A DNA stretch of 64,000 nt from Octopus sinensis (Eukaryota), in assembly GCF_006345805.1 (NCBI RefSeq), contig NC_043007.1, forward strand, positions 15,810,001 through 15,874,000, read 5' to 3'. Below the pieces are notes generated by a model that searched no databases, had not been told where the DNA came from, and saw only the letters and a program-made list of their open reading frames with translations. Of the stretch, positions 40,260 through 54,318 are shown one piece after another. The position numbers were made by a program, and so were the translations under genes. How positions within the stretch are numbered: position 1 is the stretch's first letter; every line of letters starts with the position of its first letter.

Positions 40260-40398
40260 TATATATATATTATAATTGAGGGTATCACCACGCTTAGAAT
40301 AGCAGTCAAAAATTGACTCTAAAGCCAAATTAAAGGTTCATACAGCATCAGGAGAGAAGACAAAGTGACAAAATAAACTAGCAAAAAATTACTGGATA

Positions 40399-40456
40399 AT
40401 TCCAGATACCGGATTTCGACTTTGCATAAGAAATGCTTTGCTTTCATCAGTGGAAT
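40399..40456 (-). ncRNA. Type I hammerhead ribozyme motif
   Basis: Minus strand ATTCCA-CTGATGA-aagcaaagcatttcttatgcaaagtc-GAAA-tccggta-TC-TGGAAT; 6-bp stem I; a decayed mirror copy lies at ~40715-40776. Confidence 0.6.
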
Positions 40457-40658
40457 ACACTCAGATAGCACAGAAATACAAATATACATATATATATACA
40501 ACATACGATATACTTACATATACGAATGTATACATACATATATATGCACGTATGCACACGACCAGTTTAAATTGCCCGCCTTAAAACTCGTGTGCATATG
40601 GTCGTGTGTATACATGCATATATATGTATAAGTTCGTATATGTAAGCATACCGTATGT

Positions 40659-40694
<36 letters not shown>

Positions 40695-42819
40695 ATTTAT
40701 GTGCTATCTGAGTGTATTCCACTAATGAAGGCAAAGCATTTCTTATGCAAAAATCAGAAATCCGGGATCTGGAATTATCTAGTAATTTTTTGCTAGTTTA
40801 TTTGCTAGTTGTCTCATAGGAGGAAGTCTGGTGCATACATATGATAAATAATATTATATTGTAAGTGGATTCAAGCATAACACATACTGGTCTCATCTTT
40901 ACGAGGCGAAACATCACGGATTTATATGCAGATCGGCAGTGAACAACGTTTATATTATTACTGAGTGTAAGATTAGTGAACTGATAGAATTGTTAGGGCG
41001 TTGGTAGAAAAGTCGAGAGGTATTTTTCCACTCTTTATGACCTGAATTAAAATGTTACCTTGATCACTTACCTCTTACCTCTCCAGGATTAAATAATATA
41101 TCAGTGATGGACTGAAGACCATGCAATCGACCTACTGTCTTCCCTCAAATTTCAGGTCTTGCGCCTACATTAGAATCAATGATGACTGAATGTCTCCATC
41201 CTGATTAACGTAAAAACTACTTTCATCAGTAAATTTGGGAAGAGATACTACTTGAAGTGAAAAACTCGGACTATAGAAGGAATAAACATTACAACAACTG
41301 CAAGCTATACATACCCAAAATGGAAGACATTCGCTATGTCACTGCCAAATGCAAGAGAATGTTCCGGAGACAATGACCTTCCTATGTATTATGTCGCACG
41401 TTCGGATGCCTCTACTATTCAACACTACTCTGCTCTGCTACTGACCGCTCCGACTGCTACTCTACTGTAGTCTACACAGCTGTGCTCCTGACGTCTAGGC
41501 TTCTCCCTCTATATCTACGTATTGGGCTAGCCTACTTCATCGTCTAGGGGGCGTCCACATAACACCATGATACATGATATAGCACCCAGAGCTATCCAGA
41601 AACGAATGATAGATTTTATAATAGCAAACAAAAATGAAAACAGATTATGACCTATGCTTCAAATAAAAATTGGTACACCTAGTACTAAAAATTAGAAACC
41701 AAATTTAAACCCAAGCAACCGTAATATATATAAACGTTCTCTGAAACACACCAGTTTACTAAATGCTAAACAAGAGAATGATATATTGGGAAAATTCATA
41801 AGGAATTTGTAATTTCAGGACCTCAAAATACACATTTGTTTATATGCCAATTATCATTGCAGTGGCTGTTTACTTACTTAGATCAAAGCATTGTAGATCT
41901 TGAATTTCTGGATACATCCAAAATACATTTGCTGCTGCGAATCACAAATAAATCTACGTGACGTTATAATTTAACGGAGTGGTTGACGAAAATATTGAGA
42001 ACCGTATGCTAAACTCCTTTCCATAACGAGCTTAAGAGAGAGCAGGTGTTAGGTGGAAATAACGGAACTCATCCAATCAGATATAGATAATATGCCACCA
42101 AGATCGAATCGATAATTCATTGCAAGTTATCCGCAAACTGTGATTCTTTAATATTTAGAAGTCAGTGGGCGAAAAAAAATTTATGTTGTGCTAACTTTTA
42201 CACCGTGACAAAAGTATGTGTGCACTGAATGCATGATAACTATAATTATCAATTACTACATCACATTAGGCAACTGACATTTTTTTTCTTTAGTGCGCAC
42301 ATTAATCTCTTGTGCGCAAAAGGAATTCTTTAGTGCGCTGTTTGCAAAATTTGTGTGCGCGCACAAAACGTACAAGCGTACAGGGAGAACAGTGACCTAA
42401 TCACCTCAGTCTACTAAATATGGTCATTGCAACACCCTTGCATATATAATATATTATATTATATTATATATATATATAATTATATATATATATATATATA
42501 ATATATGTATATATATATGTATATATATATAACACGCAGCAAAATATATTTACATGTAATATGATGTATATATATTATATATATATATATATACATATAT
42601 AGACTATATATAATATACATACATACACATATATGCATATATGTATATGTATATGAATATATATGTGTGTGTATGTGTGTGGCGTGTATGTGTATGTAAG
42701 TTGTATACATATGATATATTAATACAAACATATATGCATATATATATATTGTATATATATATATGTATATATAATACACACACACACATACACACATGTA
42801 ATTGTGTATATAGACACGC

Positions 42820-42885
<66 letters not shown>

Positions 42886-44176
42886 GTTTTTATATATAAT
42901 TATTGATATAAGCATATACCTATATATTTACACGCGGTCTATGTACGCAATTACATGTGTGTATGTATGTGTGTGTGTATTTGTGTTGTGTGTGTATGAG
43001 TGTGGCAGTTTTGTATGTATATATTTCAACACGAGAAAACGCTGCCAAAGTCAACATTGTAATCACAGGGAACATTCGTAACTATGTTATAATTCTTCAA
43101 TCATTTTACCATTTTTGTTCTTTGGCTTTGATTTGGGATTTTTGTTCTTTTATCGTTATCAGCTTTTGTATTATTTTTCCAATTGGATAATGAAATAAAT
43201 GACAGCGATAATATACACACATACCCACGCTCTAATACATGTGTGTGTGTGTTTGTGTGTATTGTGTCTTGTTGTATGTGTGTGCGTATGTATTATACGG
43301 ATGGAAATGTTAGTGTGCATGGAAACGCCAGGAAAATATAATTATCTATACTTGACTGAGTGCGCATGCCTGTATATGTTCGTGCGTATGCGCATGCGTC
43401 TACATAGGAAAATATATGAGTTTGTGAACAAATTATCAGCAACAAATCACAATCAATCATGGCTGACTTAACAAAATATATCGTTAAGATGTACGTAGAC
43501 GAATTTGCATACATATTATGTGTGTGCGTGTGCGTATGGGTAGATATATATGTATACGTATACATATGTACACACACACACATATATATATATTATATAT
43601 ATATATATATAAGACAGGAAGATACATAGCTCGATTGATTGATTGAGTGATTGATTGATATAGATATATTTGTGTGTGTATATATGCATGTGTATATGAG
43701 GGTGAGGGAGAGACTTCGTATGCGTGAGAGCGTGTATATATTTGAACACGCATCTATATATTAGTATTTTTCTGTGTGCGTAGGTGCATACAAACATGCA
43801 TTATATAAGTATACATATATAAAACATAAGCATATATATATATATATATATTATATAATATATATATATAATATATATATATAATATATATATATATACA
43901 TAATTATAAATAACATATGTATATATATATATATATGTATATATATATCTAATGTACATAATTACTCACGCAACACACACATAGACTGCCCGTACGATAC
44001 ACACAGATATTTAGTGTTTATTTCAAACAAAAACAAGCGTATGTGTTTTCCTAGGGTGGATATATGAAAGCACACATAGACACATGCATATATGTAATGT
44101 ATGTGGCAGTTATATATATTATATATATATATATAGATATATATATACATATACATTATACATATACATAGACATA

Positions 44177-44211
<35 letters not shown>

Positions 44212-44264
44212 GATATATATATATATAATATAGATATGTATGCATGTATGTAATGTATATATAG

Positions 44265-44297
<33 letters not shown>

Positions 44298-44904
44298 GAT
44301 ATATTAATATATATATATATATATAGATATATATATATACATATACCATATATATTGAATGTACTTAGAAACAGGAAAAAATTACGGAAAAACAGAAAGT
44401 ATGGATGAAGATAAAAAGAATGTGTGATTCATAATAAGAGAAATAAACGAATGGTTTGCTAACGACGTAATGAACGAAGTGCAATAGAATTAATACTAAT
44501 TTTCGATGAACTGTTGAATATTAAGTGCAAAAACGTTGTTAATAGAAGAAATATAAATTATGATAAAGAAAAGGAAATGGAGACATTATTTCCCGTTTTG
44601 CAAAAGCCATTGAGTATGTTTTACGACGTGTTAATCAATATTGGTTTGACTTGACATTTGCCGACAAAAGTGGAATCTCGAGCAATGTCAAATTGACAAT
44701 GTAAACGTGTAATGGGTGGGAGAGTGAGGAGTGGGATTGGGGGGGGGGAAAGAATGAGGGAGAGAAGAGGTGAGTGAGGAGAAAGAGAGAGAGAGAGGGG
44801 AGAGGGGAGCGTGGGGAGCGGTGGTGGGAGCGGTGGGGAGAGGAGAAGGAAACAGAGGGAGATGGTTTAAGGAGATTGAGAGAGACGGAGATACAGAATA
44901 ATGG

Positions 44905-45095
44905 TAATAATAATAGGAAGAAGAAGAAGAAGAAGAAGAAGAAGGAGGACGAGGACGAGGACGAGGAGGAGGACGAGGAGGAGGAGGAGAAGAAGCAGAA
45001 GAAGAAGAAGAAGCAGAAGAAGAAGAAGAAGAAGAAGAAGAAGAAGAATATGGTGATGATGACGACGACGATGATGATGATGATGATAATAATGT
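44905..45095. repeat. Compound (AAG/GAG/GAT)n microsatellite
   Basis: Direct reading. Confidence 0.95.
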
Positions 45096-45207
45096 TGGAT
45101 GAAGTGGAGGGCTGTTGGAATGTTGGCATTATGTAATGTAAGCTGAAGAGAAAGGAAAATGGATTAGAATACTACCTGAAGACCACTTCCTGCAGTGAAT
45201 CTTGATT

Positions 45208-45243
<36 letters not shown>

Positions 45244-45890
45244 GGTGGCATTTTTGAAATATAAAAAGAAAAAGGAAATTAAAAAGTAAAAGAAAACATG
45301 CTGAAACACAAAATATCTTTCAAAAATGAAAGAATTCGAATTATGTAATGAAAATTAATTCAAGCAGCCGATGATAGTTAAGATATTCTTTACGTATCAC
45401 TAGAATTCTATAGAGATATATAAAGCATCATGTGGAAAATATGTATTAAGAGATAGAGATTAGTAACGTGTGAGAGAAGGAAAATGGCGAATTCTTTTAA
45501 GAAAGTAAGTTTAAGCTGGAGAATTGGTGCGGTGGTGTTTCTTTTTGTTTTTCTTTTGGATTTTTTTTTTTTTTTTTGCGGATAAGTGTAATTTACGTAA
45601 TAATCTACTGGGAGAAAAATGTATTAATATATTCCGATAATTTCAAAAGCAAGAATCGAAGAATCGATTTGACAGATATTCGATATGATCTGATAGAGGT
45701 TATTATCTATATTATTATATTATATATGTGTGTGTGTGTGTGTGTGTGTAAGTATATATATATATGTATAATGTATGTACGTATGTATGTATGTATATAT
45801 GTTCATGTATATATATATATATATGCATATATCTGTATATATATATATATGCATATATATATATATATATATAACATTTATATATATATG

Positions 45891-45936
<46 letters not shown>

Positions 45937-46357
45937 TGTATGTATGTATGTATGTATGTAGGTGTGTATATATATATATATGATGTATGTATATATATAT
46001 CATATGCATATATGCATGTGTATAATTACATAGAAGTTCATGCATAGTGCACTAAGTTTGACTGCTGGAAAAGACTGAAATAGGGAAAACATTTAATACA
46101 ATTTTAAAGTACCATTTCGAATATATGTGTGATATATATATATATATATAATATATATGCGCGCATATGTGTGCATGTGTGTATGTGTGAGCAAGTGTGT
46201 AGGTGTGTGCGTGTATGTGTGTGTTTGTGCGGCTATCTTTCTGTCTGTGTTTGTATGCTTGTGTCAGTGTGTGTAAGCGTGTGGGTAGCATGGTTTATGG
46301 CACTGAAACTAGTACATGATCGATAGATATGCGAGTAGGAATACAAATGTGTGGGTG

Positions 46358-46423
<66 letters not shown>

Positions 46424-46595
46424 AGACAGGAAGAAAGAGAGAGAGGAAGAGAGTGAGGAGAGGGAGAGATGAGGAGAGGCATGGAGAGAGAGTCGGAAAG
46501 GAGAAAGAGAGACATAGACAATAAACTTAAAGACTGTGTGTGTATGAATGTGTGCGTGTATTCTATGTATGTGTGAGAGTGAGTATCTATCTATC

Positions 46596-46639
<44 letters not shown>

Positions 46640-46640
46640 C

Positions 46641-46712
<72 letters not shown>

Positions 46713-47665
46713 CGTGGGAGTGTGAAAGAATGAGAGTGATATATGTAAATGCAAAACGTCTATATTTCTATGCATGTGCATTTTTGTACAGTAAGGTGTG
46801 AGTAAATATCTAAATAATTATGTGTGTGAGTGTGTATGTGTGTGTTTGTGGTCGTGCGCGCGCATTTGTATATATATATGGCAATAAGTGTGTTTCCTAA
46901 AGTATGCAATCGTCATTTGATTGGATTTTCCAAATCGTTCTTATACTACTGATTGTGTTTTATTAAGTTAGTGAAAGATGCATGGATTGCCTTATAAGGT
47001 ATCTTAGCTGCTAGTAAATTATTTTTAATAAACTCAATCATAGACAACAACAACAACAACAAAAACAGCAACAACAACAGCTACAGCAACAATTTCATAT
47101 AGTGCATACGCCAGTTGTTTTGTAGCTACGCTCTTCAGCCTAATACTGTAACAAATGAGACCCTACTGTGACTCGTAATTAAATTGCACAGTATGAGCTA
47201 TTTAGAAATACTATTTATATAAACAAACGATTATTATAACAAACAAACGATTATTTCACTAGATTTATTGCCTTTGCGTGCTTTCACGTGTAAACGAGGG
47301 CAATAGCTTGTACTTTTCCTTGTTGTATATTGTATATTGAATATTTTTATATGAAGAGTTTTCTGCCTAACATATACGTAGCACCTTGCAGAGCGGTTTT
47401 CTGTATGTTGCGATTATGTGTAAGTCATTGTTTTATCAGGTTTATTATTATTCCATTATTTTATGATTCATTATCAAGAATCTACTTATTTATCTATTTA
47501 TCTATTCATTTATTCATTCATTCTTTCATTCATTTGTCCCGTTTTAAAATCCCACATTCTGGATATCTTTATTTCCATATCTTATATTCGGATATATATA
47601 TATATATATTATATATATATAAATGAAAGAATGGAGTTGAACGACGAATTAACAAAATTCCTTCA

Positions 47666-47748
47666 TTCTCGACATATGTTTCGAAGGCTGCATATTCCTA
47701 ATTTCGAAGGAAAAAGGGGTGCATTATGCCGCCTTCTCATCAGGAAAA
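47666..47748 (-). ncRNA. Type I hammerhead ribozyme motif
   Basis: Minus strand ttttc-CTGATGA-gaaggcggcata...tatgcagccttc-GAAA-catatg-TC-gagaa; long stem II, palindromic stem III, GUC cleavage triplet. Confidence 0.75.
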
Positions 47749-48529
47749 ACAAGGAACTTATGTCAGCATCAAGATGAACAAAAACTTTTAGATGACTGCC
47801 CACACGGAGCCCATAGCGATAATGAGTGTTTCTTTAAAATATTCCGTTATAAGTCTATTACCGAATAAATTACTTACGTAATCCTTCGTTCGTAGATTCA
47901 TCAGTACGATCGTTCTATATAAAACCGGACACGTGCTTAGTTCTGCCGATTACATTGGGGTTATTTTCAAATGTCTGAGCTCTGGCGCGCTAAATTCCAG
48001 AAACACAGCCATGTCTGCATCTTCCAAATGTTCTATTAGTTAACTTTGTATTTTTTCTTCTTTCTTTCTTTCTTTTTTTTGCATTTAAAATTTTCTAGTA
48101 TTTTCTGTTAAATAAAAAGGTTTTGATCTTGTACTATAATAATAACCCCTTTGGTCTGAAACATCACTGTCTATACATTTTCTTAATTCAATATCGTCAT
48201 ATATTGGCCAAGAAACTTTTCATTCCAATGTCTTTGAATATCAATTTCTAAACCCCTTTAGGTTTTTAATAGTATTTTCCCCGTCTTCGCAGTTGTCTAT
48301 CAATTTACTATGCTTCATATATCCTAGCTTCCTTGTCCCTATTTTCTTATTTCTGCTTTTTCTTCTCTCTAGCCTTCACCAAATATTTATTAGATATTTA
48401 TAAGACATTTCTTTACTGCTTTATGGTTACAGAATGTCTTAATGTCTGTGTAAAGTATTTGTTAGCTTTTGATTTCTGTTTTCTACATGCAGATATTATT
48501 TCTGTTCAGGATGAGACGATATAATGGAT

Positions 48530-48914
48530 GGAAGCACTCCGTCGGTTACGACGATGAGGGTTCCGGTTGATCCGAATCAACGGAACAGCCTGCTCGTGAA
48601 ATTAACGTGTAAGTGGCTGAGCACTCCACAGACACGTGTACCCTTAACGCAGTTCTCGGGGATATTCAGCGTGACACAGAGAGTGACAAAGCCGGCCCTT
48701 TGAAATACAGGTACAACAGAAACAGGAAGTAAGAGTGAAAGAAAGTTGTGGTGAAAGAGTACAGCAGGGATCACCACCATCCCCTGCCGGAGCCCCGTGG
48801 AGCTTTTTAGGTGTTTTCGCTCAATAAACACTCACAACGCCCGGTCTGGGAATCGAAACCGCGATCCTATGACCGCGAGTCCGCTGTCCTAACCACTGGG
48901 CCATTGCGCCTCCA
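48530..48914 (-). mobile_element. SINE family B
   Basis: Reverse complement of a full-length family B copy. Confidence 0.9.
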
Positions 48915-49179
48915 CTATGACGATATAATACAGCTGTTTGGGCGCAGGCGGTTTGATGCAGCCGTCTGGACATTCAGCTTGTTTTGGGAACAGTACATTT
49001 TGGCACTGAACACACGCACACTCACACACACACATACACGCCTTCACGCTCGCGCGATGAAATGTATATATATTGACCGAATGAGTGAGAGAGAGAGAAT
49101 TAAAGGGATAGAAAGCATGGAATAGTGAGAGACATTGCAATTCATTAATTGAATGCGATTGACATAAACGCTTTCCCTC

Positions 49180-50205
49180 TATTCATTCACATAGAGAAAT
49201 ATGCTCACAGACGTAAACAGAAAGAGAAAGGGTGAGATAGGGGAGAGAGAATGAAACGAAAAGCGAAACGAAAATTAAAACGTCTTATGTCAAATAAGTC
49301 AGCGTCTGATCAACAATGCCATATAAGGGGCGCCAAAAGGGCTGCGCTAAAATGTCTCATACTCATTTTCTTTCTACTCTTATTCATTCACATAGAGAAT
49401 TATGTCCACAAACGTAAACAGAAAGAGAAATTGAGAGATGGGAGAGAGAGAGAATGAGAGAAACAGTGAAACGAAACATTAAAACGTCTTATGTCAAATA
49501 AGTCAGCGTCTGATCAACAACGCCATATAAGGGGCGCCAAAAGGGCTGCGCTAAAATGTCTCATACTCATTTTCTTTCTACTCTTATTCATTCACATAGA
49601 GAATTATGTCCACAAACGTAAACAGAAAGAGAAATTGAGAGATGGGAGAGAGAGAGAATGAGAGAAACAGTGAAACAAAACATTAAAACGTCTTATGTCA
49701 AATAAGTCAGCGTATGATCAACAACGCCATATAAAGGGGCGCCAAAAGGGCTGCGCTAAAATGTCTCATACTCATTTTCTTTCTACTCTTATTCATTCAC
49801 ATAGAGAATTATGTCCACAAACGTAAACAGAAAGAGAAATTGAGAGATGGGAGAGAGAGAGAGAATGAGAGAAACAGTGAAACAAAACATTAAAACGTCT
49901 TATGTCAAATAAGTCAGCGTCTGATCAACAACGCCATATAAAGGGGCGCCAAAAGGGCTGCGCTAAAATGTCTCATACTCATTTTCTTTCTGCTCTTATT
50001 CATTCACATAGAGAATTATGTCCACAAACGTAAACAGAAAGAGAAATTGAGAGATGGGAGAGAGAGAGAATGAGAGAAACAGTGAAACGAAACATTAAAA
50101 CGTCTTATGTCAAATAAGTCAGCGTCTGATCAACAACGCCATATAAAGGGGCACCAAAACGGCTGCGCTAAAAAGTCTCATACTCATTTTCTTTCTGTTC
50201 TTATT
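49180..50205. repeat. Tandem repeat, unit about 205 bp, about 5 copies
   Basis: cgtcttatgtcaaataagtcagcg at 49281, 49485, 49689, 49896 and 50101. Confidence 0.95.
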
Positions 50206-50383
50206 TACTTTTGATAAAATAAATAAGCTGAGAATATTAAGAGTTATATGAAATTTAATATAATTAAATTTCATGCAATTATATTAAGGCCGTATTCCAG
50301 CATGACTGCAGTCACATGACTGAAACAAGTAAAAGAACAAAAGAATGAATGAAAGTCATAACTTTATATATTATATATGATAT

Positions 50384-50640
50384 AAAAGCGGCAAGCTGTC
50401 AAAAGCGGTGAGCTATCAAAAGCGACAACCTGTCAAATGCGGTGAGCTGTCAAAAACGGCAAGATGTCAAAAGCAGCGAGCTGTCAAAAGCGGTGAGCTG
50501 TCAAGAGTTGCGAAATGGCAGATTTGTTAGCATGCCGGACAAAAAGCTTAGCGGCATTTCTTTCCCATCTATATTCTGGATTCAAATTCCGAAGAGGTCG
50601 ACTTCATTTTTTTCATCCTTTCAGCGTCGACAAAATAAGA
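50384..50640 (+). mobile_element. SINE family A copy whose head is amplified as a 17-bp minisatellite
   Basis: About 7 copies of aaaagcggtgagctgtc, then gttagcatgccgg...ttcaaattccg...gtcgac. Confidence 0.75.
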
Positions 50641-50983
50641 TGAGAGTTCCACCGCCACGGAAAGAGAAAATTCTCATACTGCCAGGCCTTTTACAGTCCC
50701 CTCGGTCTAGACTTGGCCTTTGCTTTCATATGTATGAGCGTGTGTGTGTGCGCCCAAGTTAATTGCAGTATTTATAAATTTATCTTTTGTCTAGCTCTTG
50801 GGTGTATTTTCACATGAGGAAAACAATGAAATGGCTTGATTCTCAGAAAGTTTATTCTTTTACTATTTTTCAACGTCGATTCTGATATTAGCCACGTATA
50901 AATCCAACACCAATAATAAGCAACTACGTGAAACATGGCCCAAACATTAGAGGAAATATTATAACGGAACAGGTGTTGATAAA

Positions 50984-51022
<39 letters not shown>

Positions 51023-51132
51023 CAAAAACATACATACATACGTAATTGTATATATATGTATATATATATACATGCACACATATATATATATATACACACA
51101 CATATATACATATATATGTATCTATATGTGTG

Positions 51133-51169
<37 letters not shown>

Positions 51170-52027
51170 GAAAACATACACACGAACATATATCCACTGC
51201 AATTTTTTTGGTGCTAGCATAGTTAATATTAGCTCTTGTGTGTAGGTGTGTAATGTGTGTTTGTGTGTGCGTATATGTGTAGTGCATGTTTGCATGCATG
51301 TGTGTGTGTGTGTGTGTGTGTGTGCGTGCGTGCATCGGGGGTGGGGGCGTGTTTTTAATTAATTTCCTCTCTTGAAAATTGCCCTAATGCATTTTGATTT
51401 TTTTAAACGACTTTCATGTCAATTTTCTACGAATTACCAGTTGTGTTATTTGCAATATACAAAATGAGGTCACCCATATATAATAGATGCTTCATTGTAT
51501 CCCATAGCAGCAGTTTGGCTTAGCATGTTGGTTAAAGTCGTTAGCACGATCCAGAAAACCATGAGAGAGAAAGAGAAACGGTAGAAGGAGTGAGTGGCAT
51601 TGGAATGATGTTCTTGTAGAGATTGGTGGTGTTTTTATATCCCCTTATGTTTGGTCCGTATAAGAGATTGTTATTGGAGCTACATTACATGCTGTTGGTA
51701 TTATAGAAATCCACGTTTGGGAAAAGCAGTCGAAAGATTTCTGGCATTTGCTCCGTGACATGAGCAGAATTTCTCTCTTTTTGCTGTCCTCAGTTATAAT
51801 TTGTTTGGTTATTTTACTTTAATCTTTGCATCCATATCGGAATTCCTGCCAGGAAATATGTTGCTTTAGTTCTAGCTTTTGGTATTTTGCTTCTTTTTTT
51901 TTCCAGAGTCATCAATTATTCTTTGATATAATATTATTGTTAATGCTTTATTTTCTATAAGCTACTGAATATAAATTTATAATTTTTGGCGATTTAATGT
52001 TTCTTCAGTCTTGGCATTTATTATATT

Positions 52028-52373
52028 AGGCGCAGGTGTGAGTGTGCGGCAAGACGATTGCTTCCCTACCACGTGGTTCTCGATTCAGTCCCTCTGCGTG
52101 ACACATTAAGCAGGTGTCTTTTAGTTTAGACATGAGTAGACCAAAGCTTTGTGAGTAGATTTGGTAGACAGAAACTGAGGGAATCCTGTCTCATAGCAGT
52201 TTTTCCGATGGCCGGATAACTGAAGAGATGGCGGCGTGGATTTCCACCCCGACATCCGAAACTCGGAGTTTTATCATGGCTACCGAATAATTGTCACATA
52301 TTGCATTTACAGATAAATTCCTCTATTTACATAATATCGAGGTATCTCATTCTTTTGTTGTCTTACCATTTCT

Positions 52374-52417
<44 letters not shown>

Positions 52418-52509
52418 TAAATAAATGGAGTTTAACGCAGTGTAAATCAAATATTTTTACTTTCGACACATGTTTCCGTGTTAATTGTTAACCAGGTAAA
52501 AATACACTC

Positions 52510-52594
<85 letters not shown>

Positions 52595-52855
52595 CATATA
52601 TATATATATATAGATAGATAGATATAGATATATATGTAAGTGTGCGTGTATGTGTTTGTGTCTTTGTGTCTGTGCTTGTTCCCAACCACCACTTGACAAA
52701 CGGTGCTGGTGAGTCTTAGTCTCCGTAACTTAGCGGTTCGACAAAGGAGACCGATGAGATAAGTAGTGGAGTTGATTCGTTCGACTAAAATTCTTCAGTG
52801 CGGTGCTCCAGCATGGCCGCAGTCTATTGACTGAAATTAGTAGAAGATAAAGGAG
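52028..52855 (+). mobile_element. Diverged SINE family C split by insertions in its internal microsatellite
   Basis: Head at 52028-52190; 3' half at ~52640-52855. Confidence 0.75.
52215..52275 (+). ncRNA. Type I hammerhead ribozyme motif
   Basis: GATAA-CTGAAGA-gatggcggcgtgga..tccaccccgacatcc-GAAA-ctcggag-TT-TTATC; 5-bp stem I and long stem II. Confidence 0.65.
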
Positions 52856-52898
52856 AAAAATATGATTATTCTTAATTTAGAAAGGTTTTGTTTATTTT

Positions 52899-53162
52899 TG
52901 AACTCAGAACGTTAAGACAGACGAAATACCTATTTCTTTACTACCCACAAGGGGGTAAACACAGAGAGGACAAACAAGGACAGACAAACAGATTAAGTCG
53001 ATTATATCGACCCCAGTGCGTAACTGGTACTTATTTAATCGATCCCGAAAGGATGAAAGGCGAAGTCGACCTCGGCGGAATTTGAACTCAGAACGTAACG
53101 GCAGACGAAATACCGCTAAGCATTTCGCCCGGCGTGCTAACGTTTCTGCCAGCTTACCGCCT
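52899..53162 (-). mobile_element. SINE family A
   Basis: Head, core and tail; flanking direct repeat agaaaggttttgttt. Confidence 0.9.
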
Positions 53163-54043
53163 AAATGAGAAAGGTTTTGTTTCTGTCTTCTTTCAGTAAA
53201 TCACTTAGTTAAACATGTTTGCCAGTATTTTGTGAATAATTCTTGAATATATTTATCGAAAGTATAATTCAGTTTCGTTTAAATGTGCTCTCCAGTTATT
53301 TATAACGTATAACATCTGAGCTACCGTGTTTGATGGCATAAGAGACGTTCGGACATATAAGACGCACTCCAATTTCAACAGCGCATATTCAGGGAAGAAA
53401 AACAACTATTAGCGCATTAAAGCTTATGAGAGACCCAACTTTGCATATAGGACCCGGAATGATTTAGGACATTAATTTTGGTGAAGGAGTGCATTTTATG
53501 CACCATCAAATGCAGTAATCCTTTTCTTGTTATATTTTCTAATGATTGTACTGTTGGTTTGCTTGTGATTCTCTTGCTAAAGTCATTCCCATTTCACCGA
53601 TTTTCATTCCCCCTAAACTGTTTACTGTTTTGCTTTTCAAAGAAGGTTTACCACTCTTCGTAACAATAGATTCTCATCGACTTAGCTGTGGTCTTTTGTT
53701 TATATAGTCTATAGATTCCCTGGTCGTTGACGTTCCTTTATATATATATATATATAATAAAATATTAGGGAATAAATCCAAACTTACAGGGAAAAATCAG
53801 ATTTAGGATTGAATCCAATTTTATAGTAAAATATTATATTATATTAAATTAGAGATAAAACCCCTATTAGGCAAATCATACAATGAAAGACTTAAGCCAA
53901 TACATAAGATTAATTAATTTATATTATTTTAAATATATATCAAAATTATTAAAAAAAGATAATTAGTATAACACTACAATCGTTTCATGGCTGTCCAATT
54001 CGTAAAAATTCATTGATTAAACCTCGCTAAGTTAAATATTTAA

Positions 54044-54110
54044 ATCACCTGAAGAATGACTGTAACTCGAATTTTTACGAATTGGACAGCCATGAAACGA
54101 TTGTAGTGTT
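54044..54110 (+). ncRNA. Type I hammerhead ribozyme motif
   Basis: atcac-CTGAAGA-atgactgt...acagccat-GAAA-cgattg-TA-gtgtt. Confidence 0.65.
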
Positions 54111-54257
54111 ATACTAATTATCTTTTTTTAATAATTTTGATATATATTTAAAATAATACAAATTAATTAATCTTATGTATTGGCTTAAGTTTTTCATTGT
54201 ATGATTTGCCTAATAGTGGTTTTATCTCTAATTTAATATTATATATATATATATATT

Positions 54258-54318
<61 letters not shown>

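Noticed and set aside
41245-41570. Possible solo LTR
   Set aside because: No convincing termini or target duplication
44774-45136. K/E/D-rich ORF
   Set aside because: Compound trinucleotide microsatellite without splice or homology support
49180-50205. Possible retrozyme or CRISPR-like array
   Set aside because: Units are wholly repeated with no unique spacers, and CTGATCA is not a hammerhead core
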